64,000 bases of DNA from Curvularia clavata (Eukaryota): NCBI GenBank assembly GCA_023920165.1, contig CP089274.1:1550001-1614000 (forward strand). Reading direction: 5' to 3'. Below the pieces are notes generated by a model. That model made no database searches and was not told the DNA's origin. It worked only from the letters and a program-made list of their open reading frames with translations. Within the stretch, counting starts at the first letter, position 1, and every line of letters starts with the position of its first letter. The position numbers were made by a program, and so were the translations under genes. This document shows, piece after piece, positions 20,395 through 33,132 of the stretch.

Positions 20395-23300
20395 CTGTGG
20401 TGATGACTATGGTAGCGCATGATTGTATGATGAAATAACAATGCAGTTTTCAGGGTCGCCTTGATCTTCGAAGTGAATGTTGTTCGACATAGCGCGTACC
20501 TCGGTTCTGGAGTAGATGCTATTTCTGGTGCGTGATTATTGGCCTTCTTTGTCTCTTCACATGCCGAAGAAGCTGCCAATTGCGAGGATCAAGTCCTAAC
20601 GTGCTGGTGCATATGAGACCCACTGTAAGCATGGAGATGAATGAACACCTGCGGTAGGACAAAAATACATTTGCCGGCAGAAAACGACATGAACTAGCTC
20701 ATTGTCAAGAGAGCTACGGGAGAGAGGCCAGGGTTTAGTACATATTGTCAATCCACTAGCGTTGCTTTGGCGAATGCGCAGCAGTTGCTTGGCACGAGCA
20801 AAGTAAGTAAAGAAATTATCTGCAAACGCACTGGCGCCTGTAATCAAACCGGAAGCAGCTGCAAGCCCCAAAATGGATGTATGCCCCGACGTATTTGACA
20901 AAACAAATAGTTTAGCAAACTCGGAAATGTCGTACTGGACAAGTCTCCGGGTTTGGGGTGTATCTCCTGACAGCGTAGAAGGCAGTGCAATGTACATGCG
21001 GAGATGAACAGAAATTTGTCGGGACAATAGCGGGGGGGATTTCGGCGCCCATTGGTAATGGCAGTTGGATGCCTTATCGTCTTTCTCAATCGTTAGTTAA
21101 GCGATGGTCTTGGTTACCATACAGAGACCAAGGCCTGTCAGCCATGTATGTAACATGGCAATGACACTGTTGGCTCTGCAGTGCCTTGGAAACCGTGGAG
21201 CTTGGGGTGGTGGCCGTTCGTCATGGTGATGCCATGTGCTGTGCAAAAAGCCTTGGTTGTGGTGAGCTAGTGATTTGAGGATGGTGGTACAATGATATGA
21301 ATGGGTCATGGAGGCAGGCCCCAGGCTGCGCGCCTATCGTGCGGCCATGTGTGTGTAGCTACGGCACTCGAGCAGACGGCGGGAGGGGGCTTCGGAGATC
21401 GGTATAAACTGAGTCCGCAGCAGTGGTCCGAATGGCCCGATTCAGGTCTGACTGACTCGGCTCGAGTCCCCCGTCCGCGCAGGCCCCGCCGTGCTGCGGC
21501 GTCGACTTGGTTGCGGGATAGACGTCGTGGTGATTGGATTGAGGGCGTTGCGGTCACAACGGGCGCGCCTGCAGACTCGAGGGAAAGCGGCTTGGCATTT
21601 GTGCCGCCCGGCAGTCTCCGCGCGGCTGCCGTTGCTGCGCTGCTCTGGTCCCCATGGCAGAAGCACGACGGCCTCGCATCTCCTCCATGTACACAAACAT
21701 GACTGGACAAACCCAATCTCCAGGCTCCACGACGACTACGACGTCAAGCCCGCGCCTCGACCAGGTTCAGTGGGGCCCACGAATCCCTCGATCCCAAGCA
21801 CCTGATCCAGGGCGCCCGCAGTGCAGCCCAATAGCCACCTACGCACGCCCACACGCACACGCATCGACGCAGCTGAATTGACCGCCGGCTACCCTCCGTC
21901 AAATCCCATGTCGCGTTCCAGAAATCAGACGAATAGCCGGACGCGTGCCGACCGCTTGCCGCTACTAGCAACGGCACCGCTTCCGAAAGTCAACGGGCCG
22001 CTTGGCCAACGCACGTGCTCGGGTCATATTAGTAGCGAGCCAAACATAGAACCGTAATAAGCTGCGCGCACCAACACACCCTCCATGACACGAGGTCTGG
22101 GGAGTCATGGAGAGGCCAGGCAACAGGCGGCTTTGTGGCGGTGCCAGCAGTTATGTCCGCACTTGCGTCCAAATCGTCTTACCCGAAATCAGCCATTTCC
22201 TTTCCGCCCGCCATGTACAATTGCGGCCCACTAATGCAACAAGATTGGATAGCCCAATGTCCAAAAGGCCAGACTGGACACGGTATTGGTATGGCTCTCT
22301 TGGTCTCGAGCCGGACTGTACAAGCGCCACCAACGCTCTACAGGGCAACTCAGCGTGCCTGTCAGTGCTCGCCTCAGTTCCCCCTCTTAACACCGTAGCC
22401 ACCCATGGCGGTACCTAGTCGCCGGGGGGCTGTCGACCTCCGTCAACGAATGGGGACAATCAGGTTGAGTCTTTGGACGTGACCGTGATCTAGTCCTCAC
22501 TGAGCAGGCAGGCCAGCCATGTCCACCATCACCCCACTTTAGACAATCGCGCAATACTTACTGATGTGTGGATACCCCCAGCCTAGGCATTGCGGATGCA
22601 CGTTTTGTCGCTAGCCAACGGCCGTAGAGCTAGCACTGTCAAAGACCAGGGTAGTTGATCCTTCGAGGCTCCAATCAGTCCCCAGCCGCAAAGCCGGGAA
22701 AAGGTATTGGATTGTGAAGCTCAGATACTGTGTTCGAGGGCTTCCAGGCATCCCCCATGTAAGGATGCAGAACACTCGGGCTCTCTTTAAACATCAGGAT
22801 TAGGATGGTAAATCTGCCTCGTGGTAAATCTCCCACACGGCTCCTATTGTCCCATCCAAAGCGCCGTATCAAATTAATCAAACGTACGTTAAAACATCGT
22901 TGAGCCCCGAATGTCGCCCGACTGCCATTGAACATGACCCATTGGTCTTGCAACTTGTACCATTCAAAGACGACAACCATCTCACGTAGACTCAGGGACC
23001 GTGCCGACCGAAACTTGCCTGTTCAGCCACCAAAAATTCCACAAATAAGGGGGCCTCGTTCGTGCCGTGCCGCAACCTTGCCAACGCCCCGCCACAATCC
23101 CATTGATTATCAGACGCCTGGGTCGCACCCACCTTCGCTAGCTTGGAATACTTTACGCATCCTCGACGACACCTCACAAACTCGCCCTTCTCAATCAACT
23201 TTCTCTGATCAGGGTCTTTTCCAAGACTTTGCCCCTGCGCAAACCACAGACTCTTCCCATCACCAGTCTCCTCAAGGCTCACAACTGGGATCACCATCTG

Positions 23301-23464
23301 CTGCTGGTTGTCATCGGTCGGCCCGCACTAACTACATCCAAGCGGCGCAAAGTCGACAAGTCGTTCCATTGCCATTGTCGTCTATATTTAGCAGTCACTC
23401 TATCGAGCCTCTATCGTTGGCAGACTTTGAGCAGCTACATAAGCCAGTCATTGAGTTACAAGAT

Positions 23465-24368
23465 ATGAGGTACGAGACCCCGTCGATTGTCGTAAGCGAC
23501 CAACAACTCATACAGACAGCACCTTGGACTTCATGATGTCTCCTTCGCAATATGGCATGAACCATTACGGTTCTTCCCAAGCATCCTACACGCCTGGCTA
23601 CCCGCCCCTGCAACCCTATGCAGAGCCAAGATCTTCAGCCCCGGGCCCATATGGTCCATCTTACGCTTCGAGCCCGGCCCCGAATGAGAATCAACAGAGA
23701 CGACCCGACCAGCATGCCGTATTACCGCCCTATCAACCTCAGCACCCTGCACTTCCACGAAGCCCGTACCAGCAACAACAGTCACCAGACCCCATGCGAG
23801 CAAACACAGCGCCAATGGGTTCTACCACGCATTCTTATACCTATTCAACGCCTCACAACGCCGTCCCAAATCAGCCACTCGGGGGCAATGCCTACCCACC
23901 GTAAGTCTGTCGAGTGCGCGACGTTTTTTTTTTCTAAAACTAATAAGAGATAGTCCACAACTTTATCCTCCAAGCTCCTATGCCGTCAGCGAATATCATC
24001 CACTACCAACTATGTATCCACCAACTAACACAGCACCTACTGCATACCCTGCCTACGATTCACCGCCGAGCGCACCGGCTTCTAACGCGTCAGTGCCTGC
24101 TCTTTCTTCGTCGCCAAGCACCCAGGGCAACACAGTAATGCCGCGAGTGATCAACTCACGCCCCAAACCCCAATGCTGGGAGCATGGATGTAATGGAAGA
24201 CAGTTTTCCACGTTCAGTAATCTGTTGCGGCACCAGCGAGAAAAGTCCGGAACTGCCTCCAAGAGCACTTGCCCTCGGTGCGGGGCTGAATTTACTCGCA
24301 CTACTGCAAGAAACGGACACATGGCGCATGACAAATGCAAGCCACGCCGACCATCAGAAGCGAGTTGA
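23465..24368 (+). CDS. Zinc-finger transcription factor with a P/Q/S/Y-rich N-terminus and two atypical C-terminal C2H2-like fingers; exons 23465-23469, 23520-23900, 23954-24368 (5' end uncertain)
   Basis: RPKPQCWEHGCNGRQFSTFSNLLRHQREKSG..CPRCGAEFTRTTARNGHMAHDKC; a low-complexity activation-like region; introns gtacga...cag and gtaagt...ctaat...tag. Confidence 0.85.
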
Positions 24369-27300
24369 TAGACGGCAGTTCCGTCTCGATTCCTGATGTG
24401 TTTGGGCACATCTAGCTTGCAACAAGCGGCAACGAGGCGCAAATATGCTCAAGCAACATCATCATTGCCAGATACCCGAACACGCACTATCCAAATTTCT
24501 GATTGAAGACGTGTCAGTGCCGCGGCCCGCAATGGAGCTCTGGGTTCAATCCCAAGAAGCCAGTAAAAGTCACCCTAGAGGACATAACTTCGCAATTCGG
24601 AAAATACAACACCCCAGCCTCACACAGATGGTTCCTTATTTGTGCGCCCCTTGGTGTTAGGAGAGGTTTCTTATTTCGGCAGGAGCATCACCAGGCGTTA
24701 TATATCAAGCGTTCAGCGACCATCAAAGCATATGGGTCATCTTATTGTAGCCCACTATTTATCATCACATCCAACATTTTCCTGACATGATTGAACTATA
24801 CGGATTTGCGAACATAGTTGGGCAGAAACGAAATATACCTACCTGGATATATTAATGTATTCACATCATATCACTCACAAAGATACCGGATTGGTTCGGA
24901 CTACTGATGACGCACCGCAGTGAGAATGGCCAGTGGAGAAGCAGAGTGTTGGCCGCACGTCCGGTGTGAGATCGTAGCGGGAGGATTTTTGCAGGAACCA
25001 GCCAAGCAGGAACACGGAACACCTGCTGCTTGGGGTTTCTCCCTTTGCCCCCCCTCTAGGATAAACCCGGTTGTTTGGTTCGCAAAGGAACACATCAATA
25101 CATGGTCTATCACTTGAGCGCAGGGTCTGCAAAGGGTCCTGGTGCTAGAGACCACGGCCGGCGCTAGACAGACACAGCAAAAATTTCGGCAATGCCGAGG
25201 CCGATCTTCGTTGGAGAGGAAACGGCCGTTTAACAACTTGAAGAGCGCGGTTCGCTTGAACGTAATTTCCAGACCAGGCGTACCAATGATTCCAGGCTCG
25301 TTTTCACACTGCATTAGCCAAGGCGAGGCTGGCCACCAAAAGTCGCACGGCCCTCGTCAGATTCGAGTAACGATCAGACCAGCGGGCCGTTGTCGCCACG
25401 ACGTGAGGCGGGAAAGGCCTTGTGAAGGAGTAGCGCATCCACCCTGGTGAGAGGCCAACTATGGAGCGACGATGACGAGAGACTCCAATCAGACATGGTA
25501 GCGCCTTGTTTCTGACCGTATCTGGGCACTACTGCTACTCGAGTTAGTGACCATAATCTGGACTACCATGTACCGTGCGTAAGTGAACCATGCTATCGGG
25601 ACACGAGCAGCTTGCAGGGCCCCCAACCAGCTACTCTTGTTCTCTCGTTGTTTGTCGCCCTATTCATCACCGGGCAGCGGGACAGTCGACCTGCCTTGAA
25701 ACGTTGACCTTGTCTCGGATGCCGTTAACCGTATGTGTAAATGGGTGGCCACTGGGGGCCTTTGGCAATGGCAACAACACCAAATCTACCGCAGCGTGGC
25801 GGGCGTGCATATATGCATGCATGTGTGGAGTGCTCCGGTGACGTGGATATTTCCGGCCTTGCGCATAGCTTCAGTGGCTACCTGACCATGGTTGAGCGTC
25901 ACTCGATGCAACTTGTGTCGAGGCGGACAGTGATGGGAGCTTCAGCCTGCATGTCGCCAAGACTGACAGTGCAGCTGCAAAATGTGTCCCGCGTACGAGT
26001 CCCAAATAGGAATCTGCCAACGGATTTCGTTCATGTTAATCCCGCTTAGCAATGGTTCAGACGAGCTTTCAGCAGTAGACTACAGCTAGACTCATGATAG
26101 CAAACTTGACAATTACCCTGCAGATTCAGGGCTGTCTTCGGAACCAAGCCCCCGGAATTCACCCCTTGACTATACGCGCTTGAGGACTGTGAGCAGTGGC
26201 TTCCGATTGTGAAGGCTCGGGATCTCGGTCCAGATGGTTCGGGCTGGACATGGGATCAAACACACCGAGGGAAAGTAAAGTACCCTGGCGGTTTTCATTC
26301 GCCTGCCGCCCCACTTGACTTGCTGACCCGAGTCTTCTGCTGACGTGTGGATTATAAGGCGTGAAGCATTGCAAGGGTTACTCTGGCGGGGCGCGGCTGC
26401 GCGGGAAGGATGACAGTCACTTGATCCCTCAGTCTAGGTTCGCGCAGGGATATGAGGGAGGAAGACGACCAAAGACATGACATGCAGAGAATTCCCACGC
26501 GGAAAGGCATTCATCGTGAGGCGAAGAAAAGTTCCCACACTCGGATATGAGCCCCTCCGGTGGGTTGAACAAGCGCGGTAGAATCACCGGACTTTATCCG
26601 GTCGCCGGCTATGGCGTTCCAACATGTGATTAACAAGTTTGGTACATGGACGAGCCCTGCGAGATTGTACAAATTGCGGCCAGGCTCCACCATTGTGCGG
26701 AGACCGAGACTGCCGCGATGCAGATATCGGACCGCCCACTTTTGTTTGGGTTTTTTCTGCCACACCTTCAGCGAGTAGCGCAAAACAGCATGCTCGTGGG
26801 ACTCTTTTGGGTAGACGGACTTGTCACCATCTCAGGATACAACCGCCGACGGCACAGTAACGGCCCCTGTCTTTTCGACCCATCTCAGAACGTCTGAGTC
26901 GTATGTTTGTCGTCGGCCGCCTAAACAGCGCCCCACATCACGACGACCTTGGTTGTTCGACTTGATACGAAAGAGAAAATGGGTATGGTACGGCCAAGAA
27001 GTGACGGATGTGCGCTTCGCCTGCATCATACGATCTTGCCCGAGCGGCATCACAGTGCATGCGTTACCTCCTAGGGGAGTCGGGATCTCACGTGGGGGCC
27101 AGCCTCATCTGTTGCTAAGCGCTTTGACAAGGCGATCCAGACGCGCAAAAAGCACCCGGAACGTCTCCAGAACCGAACTGGATGTGCACCTTTAGAGTCT
27201 CGCGCCGCAGGTGATATACACTAGGGTTTAAAATGATGCCTGAGATGCTCATCATAAGCGACCCGTTCCCAGTACCGTAGTCGAGTCATCAAAGTCGTGA

Positions 27301-29175
27301 GCTACTACAGCAAAGTCTTGCCAACAGGGCCCCGAACACCACAGCAATGAAATCCGTCGCATCTCATTTGCATACGCGGCCGCTCGCATGGTAAAGCTAT
27401 TTACAGGAGCGATGGTCCGAGTTATGGAGCCATGTGGTATCCTCGTGGGCGCCGCACGAGGCTGATATGCATGCTCCCTGGTTACACAAGACCCCGGAAC
27501 CATGGTTTGGCTCGTATTGCTCGGCTGTTGGCTGTGCACCCCGCGCTACTGCGGAAGACGGACAGCCTGCAGTGTTACGTTCGAGAAAAGCCGGCTGACA
27601 CGAGTGCCGTTCTGGCATTGAACGGTATGACGCTTGCAAGGAAGGGCCGTTCGCGTGGACGTGAATTGGTGGCACAACAGCACCAAGTCGTCGTCAGACG
27701 AAGCAGTGCCAGCTGTACTGCAGCTTTAGGACCCGCAAATGCAGACGTAATGCTTTCTCATACGGCCGAAAGCAGTATGTATGCTTGTCATTGCTCTTTT
27801 GACGGCAACTGCCGGCTCATCTGTTATTTGGTGGTGGCGTCGGCGTCGGCATCGGCATCTATGTTGTATGTGTTGTGTCGTGTATGCACGTAGTCAGCCT
27901 GCCTCTGCCAGGTAGACAGACGAAGGGCGGTTTTGGATAATGCTCAGAGGAGCGCATACGAGTACCCAAGGACATGAGCAAAGTGACGTCTACTTCATTG
28001 TACCGCAATGCTTGCTTGATGGGGAAAAGAAAGGTCGCACGACAAATCACCTAATTACGAAGCCCCCGCTGGTCTCTCTTTTCGTATGTAGGTATACGAG
28101 CACTACCCAAGGACTACTACTAGACATATCAGCCATTTCCCGGCCCCTGTATAAAGAACGCCAACGCCTGGCAGTGCCACCGAAGCCCAAGATTCAGATA
28201 CGAATGGCATTGATGCGTCCACGTTATGCCATCTGCTTACCAGCGAAGTGTAAGCAGGATGGGCCGACGTACCAGCAGCAATGTACCTAAACACTGAAAG
28301 ATTATTCGTTTCGCCGACGGAGAACTTCTTGTGACTGTCAAAGGGTTAAGCCGACTATCAGGCTTCCGAAGTGCATACGGCATCAAAATGCTACACTTCA
28401 GCGATGTATTGGAGCTGCATTCATCCCCTTGAGCTGTTCAAACAATACTTTAATCGATCCTGGTAGTCTTGCGACAGGTTCAGATGAAACTTACAGCATG
28501 TACACTGGAATGAGTTCTAGATCGAACAGTACCCAACACGTAGCTGCGCTAGCTGCGCTTCTCCATAAGAATGACCACAACGATCAGCTTTGATTGTGCA
28601 AACAGGCTCATAAAGAGTGAATACGAGCTCTTTTCAGGCCCATGCTCTTAGAAACGCTGCCAAAGGGCGGCAGAAGGGCGTTCATCTAATCATAATGTGT
28701 TCAATGGCTCAGAAGATGGCTCGCCCCGCTGAACGGTGACTCCCCGCAAGCCCCGAGCTCGGACCAATGACTAACATCACGACAAGTTGATACTTGAGCC
28801 TTTCATGACTGTCTCATTGCCACCAAGCCGCCTCTCATCACCTCCTGCATTACTACACCAATTCACCTATACAAATGTCTTCCCTTAGTCTGTGATCGCC
28901 TCATTGGCATCTACGAGCTGTTTCCAGCTATCGTTTGACCAAGTCTCCCCCATCGCTTGCGCTGTACACCTGTCAAAATGCTTCCTCTCTTATCGCAATT
29001 ATTCCGGGCGCACTTCCTACATACTAACTCTCGATCATTACCACGCTTGTACACCGTCTCTGCCAAATCAGCCTCCTGACGTGCCATCTGATAAGCCCAG
29101 GAATTTTTAGATTACCTCAACCAATACTTTCAAAGCCGCGCGCCGTTATCTGTATTCGGTTGGCATTGCAGCAAC

Positions 29176-31949
29176 ATGGCTTCTATATTCACTTTCGATC
29201 CCGATCCGCCTCGTGTTTCGTCGCCATGGGCGGCAACTTCGGTTGGGGACCTGATGGAGCCGTCAAATTCCCTTCCGAAGACCAACTCTCCTCTTTCAAA
29301 ACTCAGCAGCAACATCGAGCCGCAAGAGCCGCAAAGGAACTCCCTGGCAGACGCGGTAGATTATACAAATATAACTAGGTTGGAAGCAGAGCCTCAGGAT
29401 GGTCCGACAGAGTACAAATTGCATCTGCTTCTCAGGCGGCGGCGTTCGTTCACCCGAGCTAGCACTGGGCGATATATGTCTGGAGCCATGCGTCGCAGCG
29501 ATTTTTCCATACCAGTCCCTGCGGGCCGTAGTGTATCGGAGTCGGGTCTTCTCCAGAACACTCCACCGCCATTAGCCTCTATCCAGTCAAAGCAACATCG
29601 TCTTGAACAGCTGACTACGCAGCTGTTGTGGCGCTTGCAACAATCGTGCCCTTATCATATATCGTCAACGACAGCCCCTGTGATTCCCCATCTCCCGGAC
29701 GATGCGAAGCTCTCAGCATCGGAAATGCCCCAGCGGCTTCTTCCTGGACTCGAGGAGAGCAAAGGCGCACTCTACGAAGTTGGCATTGCCGATGATGGGA
29801 CTATTGTTGGATTGGCAGAAGATGAGATGGAGGAAAGTCTTAACAATCTGCGTGCAATGGCTGCGAGCTTAGGCTGTGGGGTCGAGGTTTTGCGCATGGT
29901 CCCAGTCGGCGAGTGCGAATGGGTTGAAGATGCGGGCACTACACATCAACGGACCCAGAAATCGCAACTGTTGGTTGCTGAAGCTCTAGTTCGTCCGGAA
30001 CAGCATCTGATTGATCACACAAAAAATGGTCGAGAAAATATTCTAGACAACTCGTCAGACGCTTTAGGAAATGGTGCCGAAGAAGCCAAAGAGCCACAAG
30101 CTACCAGTGAGCAGATGCGGGTATCAGTCACCGGAGCCACCATGTCCGGGAAATCTACTTTGCTGGGCACCCTTTCTACCGCGACACTAGATAATGGACG
30201 TGGTAAGAGTCGTTTGAGTTTGCTTAAGCATAGGCATGAGATTGCGTCAGGCATGACGAGCTCTGTCACCCAGGAGTTGATAGGGTATCGCGATGTTAAT
30301 GACCATACCCAAGTAATCAGCTATGGTTCTGGAGATGTCTCATCTTGGATAGATATCCACGCGGCAGTCGAGTCTGTGAATAGTGGAAGGCTGGTGTTTC
30401 TTTCGGACTCTGCCGGCCATCCCCGGTTCAGACGTACCACAGTTCGTGGAATCGTTGGCTGGTGAGTTTTCGTTTGTCTGGAGCTGCATGAAATAACAGG
30501 ATAATTTTGTGCGAGCAAAGACGACCTTTTGACAATGTTATCAAATCGCTGACCTGATACAGGCAACCGCATTGGACACTTTTGTGTGTCCCAGCAGACA
30601 ATACCGAAGATTCTTCGGGAAAGCTTGGAGCATCACCTTCCTCTGAAGAACTCCTTGGACCAGCTGCTGCAGATCTCGATCTTTCACACGCACATTTGGA
30701 GCTATGCCTTGCTCTAGAATTACCACTTGTGATTGTCATCACCAAGTATGACCTTGCTACAAAGAATGGTCTGAAAAGCAATTTGGTGAAACTCTTCTCG
30801 GCCCTGAGAGTGCACAACAGGAAGCCTTGTCTGATCACTGATTCATCAACATCTGTGCTCGAAGCCGAGTTGCATACAGTTGAGGCTACCGATCTTGAAG
30901 AAACCGAGAAGACTATTTGCTTGCTCAGGGACTCTCCTCTTGCAGCAGTACCTGTCGTGCTCACCAGTGCTGTTAAGGGAACAGGCATACAGAAGCTGCA
31001 CGCGTTCCTGCGAAGACTCCCTATGCCCAAGCAGCCAGAGTTGCCATCGCCTGAATCACCATCGCCGCTTTTCTACATCGAGGACGTCTACAGCATAGGA
31101 GTCAATGACTCGGAAGAGCGAAGTGCAATCATCGGCGGCTACATCCGCTACGGCTCGCTCTCAATCGGAGATGAAGTACTATTGGGACCGTATCCTGCTG
31201 ACGTCAGCTCCGATGATAGTGACAGCGGCAGCGCGAGATCAAGCCGGAAACTCTTGATAACGCAGTCCCGATCGTTCCCCGGGGCCCTCGGTACCAAGTC
31301 CAAAAATGCTTCGCTGCGTGAAAGCCACAGCGAGTGGCGGCGACTTCGCATTACGTCGCTCCGCAATCTAAGATTGCCAGTACGAGCGCTGCTCGCCGGC
31401 CAAGTAGGCACTATGGGTATCACACCAGTGGGCCCGCATATGGCCAGCACATCGATCAATCGCATCAGGAAAGGCATGGTGCTGGCAGCTCGCGAACCAA
31501 AAGCGCACAAAGTCATCAAGGTACGGTTCGAAGACAGACAGGCACAGGGTGTCAAAGACCTCGGTGTCGGCAGCGCTGTCATCGTGTACATTGCTAGCGT
31601 CAGAGCATCTTCCAAAGTCGTATCTGTCGCTGCTCAGCCTACTGCTAATACCCTTGCCCCCGCGAGCAATACGGGCCGCAACGAGAGTGGCGAGGATGAC
31701 GAAGATGGGTTTGGGTTTGGGTTTGGCTTCGACAATGAGGCTGAGGATCAACATCATGCTGCAGAGCCTGAGCCTCCATCTGTCATTGTTACGTTCCAGT
31801 TTATCGCTTCACGCGAGTTTGTCGAGGTCGGTGCAAAGGTGCTCGTTATGCCTGGCGGAGGACCGGGGCTCTCGGGTGGCAATGAGAGGGGTGCAAAGGG
31901 GATGGCTGGGCTGGAGGGCTTTGTGGGGAGGGTAATTGAAGATGTGTAG
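29176..31949 (+). CDS. GTPBP1/GTPBP2-family translational GTPase; exons 29176-30461, 30563-31949
   Basis: LEAEPQDGPTEYKL N-domain, G1 GATMSGKST, HRHEIASGMTSS, G3 DSAGH, G4 TKYD, G5 SAV, followed by EF-Tu-like beta-barrels. Confidence 0.9.
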
Positions 31950-32643
31950 GGTATATTTCGGTTACGTTAACGGGGTGGCGTACATATGTTACCAGGTGGA
32001 CGTTGTTGCTGTTGCGTTACTAGAATAGGGCGTCTAGGTTGTTTTTATAGGTAAATTGCAATTTGTGTAATTCTGTTCTTTTCTTCTTACTTCGCAGACT
32101 CAGTTCTTATGAACTGTTCGCTCGCTGGATTGGGCGTTGCAGAATGCACAAAGTTGAACTGTAAGCATCACACCAAAGTTAAGTCATTTCTGATCCATAT
32201 CACATCACAACACAGAAGGCAAAGATGCACAAAAATGTCGCACTTTACTTCTCCTCGTTCACTTTTCTCCACCCTTCGCCTTCCCCGTATCCACATCACC
32301 ACTAACGTACCCGTCCTCACCCGACGCCGTGCTTCCCTTTGCAGAGTTGCACAGCCGGCTTGAGTACAAAAGCAGGACTCGGAGTAGGAAAGAAAGAAGG
32401 GATAGTAACAGGAAAAAGGTGATGGTGGCTGAGGAGGTATTCATGATCAAAGTGCACGCCTTCCAACAGCTATCCAGACGTAGCCTACCACACACCCTAC
32501 AAGAGGGTGATGAACGGGCGAGATCGTCGGCGACTGTTCTATGAGACTAATTTAATTTCTCGCAAGGCTATACTGAGCAGCAGGAATGGGTCTGGTCGCT
32601 GAGCTCCACCTTAGGCCGCGAAGTTCTGTGTATTCCCAAGTTT

Positions 32644-32715
32644 GGGTGGGGCCAAGTTTGGGTAGGGGAGAAGATCAGAGGTATTTGGGGGGGTTAGGGG
32701 GGGGGGGGGGGGGGG
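32644..32715 (+). repeat. G-rich tract (GGGTGGGG...GGGTAGGGG...G7-TTA-G19) with G-quadruplex potential
   Basis: Directly visible: G7 at 32687-32693, G19 at 32697-32715, and several GGG runs upstream. Confidence 0.85.
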
Positions 32716-33132
32716 ACAGGAGACTGGGCAAGGGCTGTGGAATGGTGGAATGCTGTAGGTTAGCTCTCCCACGACTAGTGAAACCGGAAAATCAAAACGA
32801 GGTCACCTACGCTGTCATTAGAGTAAGAGACAACTGTGACAACTACCGCTACTGTTAAGAGTAGAGAGTAGAGTCGTAACGACTAAAAAAATAGTAAATA
32901 GTAAGTAGCCATGACAACTACAGCTACCTTTGAAAGTTATGGTTTTATAGGTGGGCGTTTTCCGGTTTTGCCAGTTGTGGGAGAGATTAGGACATTTGAG
33001 TTGTTGATGGACATAACGAAGATATACTCATTTTTGGGATATCATGAAGAGCGGTTCAATCATCCAACATCTTTAACAAATCGCGAGCTTCATGCCGCGT
33101 GCTCTCTTTGGATGTTCCATACATGCTCTCGA

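Noticed and set aside
32691..32699. Interstitial telomere or telomerase RNA template
   Set aside because: Only one TTAGGG unit inside a G-run; no tandem array and no recognisable template context.
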